A program made the position numbers and the translations under genes. Below are positions 8,387 to 15,925 of a stretch of 49,070 nt of DNA, piece by piece. Location: positions 1 through 49,070 of IMG/VR virus record IMGVR_UViG_3300011335_000405; one strand, given 5' to 3'. This DNA comes from a virus. Lineage: Duplodnaviria; Caudoviricetes. A model generated the notes under the pieces. That model did not search any database. It had not been told where the DNA came from and worked only from the letters and a program-made list of their open reading frames with translations. How positions within the stretch are numbered: position 1 is the stretch's first letter; each line of letters starts with the position of its first letter.

Positions 8387-8604
8387 TCCAAAAACTTATC
8401 TTCCCCGGTGGTATTTTCTCTCCGGGGTCATTCGCACTCCACAGGATCACAGGCAAATTCACTGGCAAATGCTCCGCATGGTATGACTCAGATGGAAAGA
8501 TGACAGATTGCGAGTGGATTCGCAAAGATGGGAAAGTCTGCCTTATCCCTCCACATAAGCCCATGTATAGGTTTTTAGAAAGCTTAGGGCCAATTTGGAA
8601 GTAA
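8383..8604 (+). CDS. Hypothetical protein
   Basis: ATGA-coupled ORF. Confidence 0.65.
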   Translation: MIQKLIFPGGIFSPGSFALHRITGKFTGKCSAWYDSDGKMTDCEWIRKDGKVCLIPPHKPMYRFLESLGPIWK

Positions 8605-8626
8605 ACCCTACAAATGCGGGGAAGTC

Positions 8627-9223
8627 CTATCCCTCTCCGCTTTCTTCTATGGTTGCCAATTCTGATTCATTTTCCGATTCCTCCGCTTCACGGACATATT
8701 CGCCGGATACAATCTCTATTTTATCGGCTTTCTGAGGGCCAGTAATATGGAGATTAATCATCGCATTCACGCTTAATCCTTTCTTATCGTGCATATTGTT
8801 CTCATCCAATCCCAATGCCCTCGTTGCAATTTTCTCATACTCCGCAAGGATATCCAGCCTTTGCGATTGCTCTTTAATGTTCCCCGTCTTGTGTCGCTCC
8901 TCAATCTGTTTTCTCTCCGCTGCTATTTCCCGCAACATAAAACCATAATGGTTAGCAGTTTCCACTACCATCAAGTCCTCAAGCTTAGGCGCAACCACAT
9001 TCGCCACTTGCTCTCTCAACCTCTTTCGCTTTTCAATCCACTTCCCTTTCACCATGCAATTTTTGAGGTAGAATCTACTCATTTGTCCAAACTCAGGAAG
9101 CTTCAGAATGTCCGACATCTCTGCCCCTCCCATGAATAAAGTTTCAATCCGCTCCATGTCCCACTTTTTACGTCCCTTTCCACGTCCCAACTTTTCCACT
9201 GGCGTTTCCGGTGTTTTGTTCAT
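8627..9223 (-). CDS. Putative terminase small subunit (HTH + helical oligomerisation region)
   Basis: N-terminal HTH-like WDMERIETLFMGG...KGKWIEKRK, helical middle, acidic tail; typical TerS layout. Confidence 0.45.
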   Translation of the reverse strand: MNKTPETPVEKLGRGKGRKKWDMERIETLFMGGAEMSDILKLPEFGQMSRFYLKNCMVKGKWIEKRKRLREQVANVVAPKLEDLMVVETANHYGFMLREIAAERKQIEERHKTGNIKEQSQRLDILAEYEKIATRALGLDENNMHDKKGLSVNAMINLHITGPQKADKIEIVSGEYVREAEESENESELATIEESGEG

Positions 9224-9416
9224 AGATTTATATTGTCAAAACACCCGTAAATTGTCAAATGATTTTCCCTCCACAACAAACCAAAATGAAAACAACACCA
9301 CACATAACTAAAACACAATCCACCTGCCTGCCTCCCGAAGCTTATATTCGCCTCTGGGATTCAGTAGCTAAAACCGCAACACCTAAATTCAAATCCACAT
9401 TCATTCCAAAAAAGAA

Positions 9417-9605
9417 ATGAGAACATTCACCCTACACAAACAGAAACCAGTTTTCCGTATCAAAAACACTCATCTTTCTGGTGAGTCTGTGAAGCGGGAG
9501 TTAATGGAAGCCCTCGAAGCAGTCTTAGATTGCTATGGAGATTCAGACTCTTTGATTATGATGCAATGCAAGGCGGCTTTAGATCGCGCAAGGAGAAATC
9601 CATGA
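9417..9605 (+). CDS. Hypothetical protein
   Basis: ORF coupled (ATGA) to helicase. Confidence 0.6.
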   Translation: MRTFTLHKQKPVFRIKNTHLSGESVKRELMEALEAVLDCYGDSDSLIMMQCKAALDRARRNP

Positions 9606-11227
9606 ACATCCACGATTTGATGGCTACAGTTGAGTGGTCACATCCCATTCAATTAAACACCAAACGAGGGCCGCGCCTTCTCAAGAAGGCTCCAATCACT
9701 CAGGCTTTCTGGAAAGTCTATGGTGAGGACAAGGAGTTATTCAAAAAGCAAATGGGCGATGCTGGTATCCAGCTTGGCAAGTTCCGCGAGGAATGGCAGC
9801 TTACGCACTGGTCAACTGATGACCTGCAATTCAAACAGATTATCGGTTCCGATAATCCAGAAGAAGTAGTTCCAGAATTGGATTTGATCCCTCTACTGCA
9901 TCCCGAAGGACTCTTGCCTTATCAGTTAACCTCGGTGCAGATGGGCGTTGCCTCCATGAATAAATACAATCGGGTGCTTCTCGGTCACTCTACAGGTGTA
10001 GGAAAAACATTCTGCGCTCTTGGTATTGCAAGGGAGTTAGGCAAACGCATTGCGGTAGTCTGTCCTAAACCGATAACTACCGATTGGCATCGTGCCGCAA
10101 AGATGATGGGCGTTGAAGTATTTGAGATTTGCGGATGGGAATGGACTAAAACAGGTAAAAGCCAAATGGGCAGATGGACAGATGACAAGAAGAAGGAATT
10201 CCGTTTTATGCTGCCGCCTGATGTTCTTCTCGTATTCGATGAGGTTCACAGAGGAAAAGGTGAAGCAACCCAAAACGCTTTCCTTGTCAGAGACTCGGTT
10301 AATCAGAATGTTTCTGCCGTTGCCCTATCCGCTACTATTGCAGATGATCCTACTAAGTTGTGGGCAATCGGTCAGTTCCTCGGTCTGCACCAAGGCGGCA
10401 AGGATTATCATCGTTTCCTTGGTCAAAACGGATGCAGGAAAACCCGTTTCGGAATGCAGTTCACAGGTGGTCATTCAGTGCTGAAGAAGTTGCATTCTCG
10501 CATATATCCAGAGAAAGGTAATAGATTGCGCCACTCAGACTTGGGCGATGCGTTCCCTGAGACTATGATTAAAGCCAGAGCCTTCGACATGGATAACGCT
10601 CGAAAGATTGCGGGCGAGTATGATGATTTGTGCAATCGAATTGAAGAACTACGGATGCAGGAAAACTTCTCGGCCAATGTTCTGGCAGAACAGACCCGCG
10701 CTCGTCAGAGAATCGAGATGTTGAAGGCTCCAGCAGTGGCGGCAATGGCGCGTGATTTGATCGAAGAAGGCAATTCAGTGTTCATCGCAGTCAACTACAC
10801 AGAAACCCGCGAATGGCTCATGGAAGAGTTAAAGACAGACTGTGCCATATTCGGAGGACAGAACGACATTGATCGAAGGGGCAAGATTGATTCTTTTCAG
10901 AATGATAAGTCGAGAGTCATTATCGGAATCATCCAAGCTACTCGTGAAGGTTTAAACTTACACGATGTAAATGGAAATTACCCAAGAGTCTCTTTAATTA
11001 TGCCAACGCCTTCGATCTTCGACACCCGCCAAGTATTAGGAAGAGTCCACAGAGCAGGTGGGAAATCTCGTTCTTGTCAATTTCTTGTATATGCGGCTGG
11101 AGTGCCAATAGAAGAAAATATATGCTCAAAACTGGACGAAAAGCTAAAGCGGCTTGATTTACTGAATGACGGGGCCATCGATCCAACTATTTCACTTCTT
11201 CCAGAAACGGAAGAAGATGTGGTTTGA
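9602..11227 (+). CDS. Superfamily 2 (SNF2-like) helicase
   Basis: PYQ, STGVGKT, DEVH, SAT, REGLNL, QVLGRVHRAG motifs. Confidence 0.9.
   Translation: MNIHDLMATVEWSHPIQLNTKRGPRLLKKAPITQAFWKVYGEDKELFKKQMGDAGIQLGKFREEWQLTHWSTDDLQFKQIIGSDNPEEVVPELDLIPLLHPEGLLPYQLTSVQMGVASMNKYNRVLLGHSTGVGKTFCALGIARELGKRIAVVCPKPITTDWHRAAKMMGVEVFEICGWEWTKTGKSQMGRWTDDKKKEFRFMLPPDVLLVFDEVHRGKGEATQNAFLVRDSVNQNVSAVALSATIADDPTKLWAIGQFLGLHQGGKDYHRFLGQNGCRKTRFGMQFTGGHSVLKKLHSRIYPEKGNRLRHSDLGDAFPETMIKARAFDMDNARKIAGEYDDLCNRIEELRMQENFSANVLAEQTRARQRIEMLKAPAVAAMARDLIEEGNSVFIAVNYTETREWLMEELKTDCAIFGGQNDIDRRGKIDSFQNDKSRVIIGIIQATREGLNLHDVNGNYPRVSLIMPTPSIFDTRQVLGRVHRAGGKSRSCQFLVYAAGVPIEENICSKLDEKLKRLDLLNDGAIDPTISLLPETEEDVV
9840..9855. 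repeat. Dispersed palindrome copy (TTATCGGTTCCGATAA), inside SF2 helicase
   Basis: Perfect arms. Confidence 0.95.
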
Positions 11228-11897
11228 TGGTCTTTCTTGTATTATTCATTTGAGTAAAATGATCTGTCCACCTGCAATTTTCCTTACAATAATTCCCATC
11301 ATTGTTTATTCGATCAATGCTTAAGTGTGCAGATGGTTTTTTGCCCATGTCATTTATGAAATTCTGAAAAGACATCCATTCATTACATACAGAAATACCC
11401 CTACCTCCATAGTAGGGGTATTTTTTGTTTTTTGGATTGGTGCATCTTTGAATCATTGTAGCCCAACAATGGTATTCCGAAGTGTAAGACATATTGTGAG
11501 TCGTGTTTTTATTAGATACACTTTCAGACCTATAACACCCGCATGAGGCTGTTTTTCCTGATCGAAGATAGTTGAGTTTTATAGTTATTTTTTTACCGCA
11601 ATCACATACAGCATCAACTGATCGCTTATTCCCGCCAGTTAAATAATCGTGCGTTATTAGTAACCGCCCATGTCTCTTCCCGTTTTGAGATTCAAGTTTT
11701 GGTTTTTTAAGAGTGTCTTGATTGAAGCAACCGCATGAAGTTGTATGTCCGATTCTTAACTTGTGAACATTTACAGAGTGTTGATTGCCACATTCACAAA
11801 CACAAAAAGCAATCCGCTTTTTATCAATGAATCTTTCATCAGTAATTGTTAATCTTCCGTATTTTAATCCGACTTGTGATGGTATTTTTGCTGGCAT
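11187..11897 (-). CDS. Free-standing HNH-type homing endonuclease
   Basis: Two C-x-C-G...T-x-SCGC repeats, YGGRGISVC, SIDRINNDGNY..ENCRW. Confidence 0.85.
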   Translation of the reverse strand: MPAKIPSQVGLKYGRLTITDERFIDKKRIAFCVCECGNQHSVNVHKLRIGHTTSCGCFNQDTLKKPKLESQNGKRHGRLLITHDYLTGGNKRSVDAVCDCGKKITIKLNYLRSGKTASCGCYRSESVSNKNTTHNMSYTSEYHCWATMIQRCTNPKNKKYPYYGGRGISVCNEWMSFQNFINDMGKKPSAHLSIDRINNDGNYCKENCRWTDHFTQMNNTRKTIKPHLLPFLEEVK

Positions 11898-11957
11898 AAC
11901 AAATCAAAAGTAGTTTATGCCGTCATAAAAAGCAAGCATTATTTCTAAAAAGCAAAT

Positions 11958-11992
11958 AGCCCACCGAGGAGAAATCCAAGGTGGGCTTTTTT
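11958..11992. terminator. Probable bidirectional terminator at convergence of + and - operons
   Basis: AGCCCACC...GGTGGGCT stem with T-run and upstream A-rich flank. Confidence 0.7.
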
Positions 11993-12002
11993 GCGTTTAT
12001 TG

Positions 12003-12284
12003 TTAGCTGATGATGCGGGAAGGTTCTTCTTTCTCCTCTTCCTTATCGAATCGCTTGCGGAATTGGGACTCGCGGTAATAAAAAAACGCAAGTTCCATGT
12101 GCTTGATGGCTTCAAATCCTTCACCCTTACGGGATTCTGATTTAATAACCATCATGGATGCTGTATGCAATAGGCTTGCCATTGCATGGACTCGTTCGTT
12201 TAGTGTCTCGTCATCGCATTTATGAAAACTAAAAGCTTCCAGAATTGATTTTGAGGTTTCGTTTTGTGGTGTTTGTTCTGACAT
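12003..12284 (-). CDS. Hypothetical protein, possible divergent Acb2/Tad1-like helical hairpin
   Basis: AFSFH...GEGFEAIKHMELAFFY spacing resembles F-x-YH...RE-x-SLAITKLEEAxMW. Confidence 0.35.
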   Translation of the reverse strand: MSEQTPQNETSKSILEAFSFHKCDDETLNERVHAMASLLHTASMMVIKSESRKGEGFEAIKHMELAFFYYRESQFRKRFDKEEEKEEPSRIIS

Positions 12285-12286
12285 AA

Positions 12287-12634
12287 TTAGTTTGTTTTTA
12301 TTGTTTCCAGCATTGTGTTTATTTCTTCTTCAGTTAGATTGAATTGAGCCATAAGTTCTTGCTTTTTTGCAAGACCCTTACGCTTCTTATCCAAGTCAAA
12401 CATAGCTTCCTTCATACTTTCCTCTTGCACTTCAAATACTTCTTTGAAGTGATCTGTTTTCAGTCTATCAAATTTTCTGACTGGAAGCAGTCGCGCAATT
12501 TGATATTCGTATTCCCAACCTAACAAGTCGCAGAGTTCTTTTACGGAGTAAACAAAAGCTTGGTAGCTTGATATTACTTTCCTCATTGCGGTTTGTGCTT
12601 CCTTCCAGCTTTCTGGTAGATTTTTATCTTTCAT
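12287..12634 (-). CDS. Hypothetical protein
   Basis: 115-aa ORF in - strand operon. Confidence 0.7.
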   Translation of the reverse strand: MKDKNLPESWKEAQTAMRKVISSYQAFVYSVKELCDLLGWEYEYQIARLLPVRKFDRLKTDHFKEVFEVQEESMKEAMFDLDKKRKGLAKKQELMAQFNLTEEEINTMLETIKTN

Positions 12635-12637
12635 TTC

Positions 12638-13624
12638 TTACGCTTCCTTCAAGAATCTGAGCCAATCGTTTTCTGCTGGATCAAACCATGACTTGTCTGA
12701 CAGGTCGATCAGTAGTTGGTGTTCTTGCACCTCCTCTGGCATGGTGCGGAGGACTTCTGAGTTAGAGAAGTTGCCGACATTGAGGAGAAGGAAACGATGG
12801 ACGGATGGTTTATCGTCCTTACCTTGCTCGCTACGCACTCGGTTCCTTACCTCAGTCGAGGATAGTTTCTCAGTCTTCGCGGCCTCCAAAAGTTCACTCT
12901 GCTTCTTAGCGTTAGTCTTCTCATCCCCGAAGTTGGCGTTTCCAATCTCACGATAGACTGTGAATGGAAGCATTGGATCGCGTTTATCGGATGGAAAGGC
13001 GCGGCAAGCACGGGCGTAACCCGATACTGTAGGATAACTTTTCTTGAAGTTAGAACAAAGCTGATTGACTACATCATCATGCCCTGCGTTCTCCAATGCT
13101 ACCACAGAGTCACCAATGATCCATTGTGCGCCCGATTCCAGAGTGAGACCGAAGGCAAATGCTGCAACCCAGTCTTTCATCTCTACCTTACCTTTAGGAA
13201 CGCACTGCGTCATTCCCGCGCCAATATCGAACTTCTGAGTGAATGAGGACAATTCCAATCCGTTTTTCACACTCTCCACAAGGGCAAGGGATTCGTTGAC
13301 TGGTTCATCCTTGGTTAATTCAACCTCAACTTCTTCAGCTTCTTCTATCACTGGCAACGCAAGACGTTCTTCTTCCATCTCCTCGGCCATATCTAAATCA
13401 GCAGACATCTTTTCATACATCTCCAGCATTTCATCTGGCGCATCGTCACCAAGGTATTCGTTCTTCTGAAGTTTCCCCCATGCTTTTTTAATGTGAGTCT
13501 CAGTAATGCTGATCCCCGGCCATTCGGTTTTAACAAACTCCCCCATTTGACGGAGGTAAGTTGAGAGAGGCACAAGAATTCCTTCTTGAGTTGGGCTGAA
13601 TAGTTCTATTTCTTTCTTTTTCAT
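12638..13624 (-). CDS. LmbU-like / ParB-HTH-like DNA-binding protein
   Basis: QWIIGD...SYPTVSGYARACRAFPSDKRDPMLPFTVYREI...LLEAAKTEKLSSTEVRNRV resembles the LmbU-family pattern WxxGD...YQTLRNYAWVARRF...RR..LSF.HH.EV. Confidence 0.55.
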   Translation of the reverse strand: MKKKEIELFSPTQEGILVPLSTYLRQMGEFVKTEWPGISITETHIKKAWGKLQKNEYLGDDAPDEMLEMYEKMSADLDMAEEMEEERLALPVIEEAEEVEVELTKDEPVNESLALVESVKNGLELSSFTQKFDIGAGMTQCVPKGKVEMKDWVAAFAFGLTLESGAQWIIGDSVVALENAGHDDVVNQLCSNFKKSYPTVSGYARACRAFPSDKRDPMLPFTVYREIGNANFGDEKTNAKKQSELLEAAKTEKLSSTEVRNRVRSEQGKDDKPSVHRFLLLNVGNFSNSEVLRTMPEEVQEHQLLIDLSDKSWFDPAENDWLRFLKEA

Positions 13625-13666
13625 GTTGTGTTTGTGTTTAGGTTAGGTGTTCTGGGGGAAACATGA

Positions 13667-14485
13667 TTACCAAGGAATTTCGTCTACTTCCTCTTCTTCT
13701 ACTATTGGAGCGTCAAGGTGGAAGTCTTCTGCCGCTTGCTCTACGCATTTACTGAATGGGGTATTGAAACCCTTTGCCAAATAGAATTGATAGAGTTTGG
13801 TAAGTGCAGGCTTGCCGATTTCACCAAGCTTCTTTCCTGCATGACTACCAGATGGGACAGTAACTTCAGCCCAAAGTTTTGGATCGAGTGCTGCTGGTTC
13901 TTCTGCTTTAGGCTCAGATTTTGGTTCTGACTTACCGATGGAGATTCCTTTGCGGTTAGCTTCGATGAAGACCGAGGATACATACGCCCGAAGAGTTTCT
14001 TCGTCTGTGATCTTACCAAGGTATGCCATGCGAACCAAGGAGTCAATGTAGAGGTGAGTCTCTACGATTTGATCGAGTGCCTTCTCTGGATTATCGGTTA
14101 CGATAACCTTGGGTGCTGATACACGCACAGGCTCTTCGTTGGGTCGGTCAAACTCAACCTTGCCAGTAGCCGTAACTTTAATGATGTCACGATCTACCTT
14201 ACCATTCTTACCATCGTATGTCTCATGCTCCAAGGATACTCCGGTCATGCCATGCTTTCCACGGACTGAGGAGAGTGTGACTACATTACCCTTGATGCTT
14301 TGCTCTTGGGTATTGTTGAAGAACTTGAGTCCGTAGGTTTGCCCATCGATCTCGATGTCTCCACCTTGGATGACGAACTCACCTTTCGGGCCGTTGAATG
14401 TCTTAGGTTCCCACAGTTTAGTGACCTTGCCAGTCACCCGTTTGATGATGTCCTTCTGTTCGATTCCTTCTAATTGGTTACTCAT
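13667..14485 (-). CDS. Single-stranded DNA-binding protein (OB fold, acidic tail)
   Basis: OB-like N-terminus (RVTGKVTKLWEPK), C-terminal EEEEVDEIPW; next to exonuclease. Confidence 0.65.
   Translation of the reverse strand: MSNQLEGIEQKDIIKRVTGKVTKLWEPKTFNGPKGEFVIQGGDIEIDGQTYGLKFFNNTQEQSIKGNVVTLSSVRGKHGMTGVSLEHETYDGKNGKVDRDIIKVTATGKVEFDRPNEEPVRVSAPKVIVTDNPEKALDQIVETHLYIDSLVRMAYLGKITDEETLRAYVSSVFIEANRKGISIGKSEPKSEPKAEEPAALDPKLWAEVTVPSGSHAGKKLGEIGKPALTKLYQFYLAKGFNTPFSKCVEQAAEDFHLDAPIVEEEEVDEIPW
14091..14106. repeat. Dispersed palindrome copy (TTATCGGTTACGATAA), inside SSB
   Basis: Perfect arms. Confidence 0.95.
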
Positions 14486-15347
14486 TTGATTTGTATGTTG
14501 TTTTGTAGTAGTGGCAGAAGGGTGCTACTGAGCAATAACGCTCGCAGCGGATGTTCCCACCTGCTCTTGTTTCGATTGAGTGTTTCGCGCCATAGGTAGG
14601 AAGGAGTTGTTGTGCCTCCTCCAATGTCTCGCACACTTTTGCTGCTCGTTTGTTACCATCTTTCTTGATGGCAAAGGTATTTGATTTCGCCCATCTTTCT
14701 TTTGGTTCGCAGTGAGGAATGGTATCGTCTGGCATTGCTGCCGCCGCTTGGTGAAGTTTAATTCTCTCAGCAGCGTAGCGGACAACTTCGCTATCATCCC
14801 ACAATGGAATGTCAACGATGTGAACCGCACACTGAGGATACTCTTTGTCATACTCAGCCTTGCTCGCCTGCCAGTCACGGAGGATGGCGACGATCTGACC
14901 TTTCTTGACTTGGTATCCATACTCTCTCCAAAGCATGGCATTCAGATTGATCTGTGCTTCCCACTCAGCCTTCCCTCCGAGGAGGAAGGAAAATACTGAG
15001 GTTACTTTGAAATCAGAGATTACTTGGTTGCCTGTCTCGTAGAGGTCAGTCTGGCCTGTCAACGTCCATCCATTGATCTCTTTGTATAGACGCTTCTCAG
15101 TCATCTCTTCTTCGCCGCCTGCCAATTCAAGAACCTTGTGAACCGACTGACCGAGTAATGCCCACACCCTATCGGATGCGTCCTCTACGATCTGTTCGGA
15201 ATACCTTTTCTTGAGCTGGTTGATTTTCGGCGGGCCAATCAAAGTTGTAACCGAGATATCTGCCTTCTTGGTTCCTGCCATATACCCATCATGGGATAGG
15301 GCGCGAAACATGGGTGCTGGCAAATCGTGGTTATTCGTGATCGTCAT
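14478..15347 (-). CDS. PD-(D/E)XK (RecB/Cas4-like) exonuclease
   Basis: GQSVHKVLE, GQTDLY, SDFKVTS, QINL; C-terminal RCERYCSVAPFC. Confidence 0.85.
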   Translation of the reverse strand: MTITNNHDLPAPMFRALSHDGYMAGTKKADISVTTLIGPPKINQLKKRYSEQIVEDASDRVWALLGQSVHKVLELAGGEEEMTEKRLYKEINGWTLTGQTDLYETGNQVISDFKVTSVFSFLLGGKAEWEAQINLNAMLWREYGYQVKKGQIVAILRDWQASKAEYDKEYPQCAVHIVDIPLWDDSEVVRYAAERIKLHQAAAAMPDDTIPHCEPKERWAKSNTFAIKKDGNKRAAKVCETLEEAQQLLPTYGAKHSIETRAGGNIRCERYCSVAPFCHYYKTTYKSNE

Positions 15348-15495
15348 CTGAATCCCAGTTTTTTTCGTTAGGGTTTATTCCATCTCGCATATCACGGCGA
15401 GCGCAAGCATAGAGAAAGTCTTCCTCTCTCTCCTCCTCAATCTCACCGCTAAGATCGTAGGGTTCTTCTTCCCCATCATTACAGGCGAGACTCAT
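15331..15495 (-). CDS. Small very acidic protein, 54 aa (not in ORF track)
   Basis: MSLACNDGEEEPYDLSGEIEEEREEDFLYACARRDMRDGINPNEKNWDSDDDHE; fills gap, TAATG coupling. Confidence 0.6.
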   Translation of the reverse strand: MSLACNDGEEEPYDLSGEIEEEREEDFLYACARRDMRDGINPNEKNWDSDDDHE

Positions 15496-15713
15496 TATTC
15501 GGTAACTGCTGGAAGTTTTTCTTCAAACGAAGCTGCCAGAATTTCCGATACGCCGCGAAGGTGATCGCCAATTTTAACCAGAGTTGCTGCGCTGGTCAGT
15601 TTACCTAAATCAAATTTTCCATCCACTGCCGAAGATGAAATAAGGCGAAGGTAGATTTCTTTTTGAAGCTCGCTTGGAGCGGTTGTTTTGCTTGGTGTAG
15701 GTTTATCTTTCAT
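15495..15713 (-). CDS. Hypothetical protein
   Basis: First gene after promoter at 15780. Confidence 0.7.
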   Translation of the reverse strand: MKDKPTPSKTTAPSELQKEIYLRLISSSAVDGKFDLGKLTSAATLVKIGDHLRGVSEILAASFEEKLPAVTE

Positions 15714-15752
15714 TAGTGTTTTATGGACGGAGGTTGTGCCGTTCACAAGACC

Positions 15753-15780
15753 AATCTACATTCACCGATTATCGTGTCAA
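15753..15780 (-). promoter_or_regulatory. Promoter for recombination/SSB operon
   Basis: TTGACA (15780-15775), 16 bp, TAGATT (15758-15753). Confidence 0.65.
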
Positions 15781-15800
15781 CATTTTTTTGTAATTATTTT

Positions 15801-15816
15801 TTATCGGTTCCGATAA
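15801..15816. repeat. Dispersed palindrome copy (TTATCGGTTCCGATAA)
   Basis: Perfect arms; 20 bp upstream of -35 of the 15780 promoter. Confidence 0.95.
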
Positions 15817-15851
15817 CAGAAAACGCACCCCGAATTTCTCCAAGGTGCGTT
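15817..15851 (-). terminator. Terminator ending structural operon / small RNA
   Basis: AACGCACC/GGTGCGTT stem; U-rich tail on - strand. Confidence 0.65.
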
Positions 15852-15890
15852 CCCTAATGAATAACACGAAACAAACCACAACAGTTTGCA
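15817..15890 (-). ncRNA. Candidate ~70-nt small RNA
   Basis: Own promoter at 15923-15896, no ORF, terminator at 15851-15817. Confidence 0.35.
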
Positions 15891-15895
15891 GAACC

Positions 15896-15923
15896 AATCT
15901 ACATCAGCTTCTGCGGATGTCAA
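15896..15923 (-). promoter_or_regulatory. Promoter, twin of the 15780 promoter
   Basis: TTGACA-13nt-ATGTAGATTGGT, same -10 region as the 15780 promoter. Confidence 0.6.
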
Positions 15924-15925
15924 GA

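Noticed and set aside
14478-15347. Cas4 as evidence of a CRISPR system
   Set aside because: Stand-alone PD-(D/E)XK exonuclease beside SSB, the usual phage recombination context
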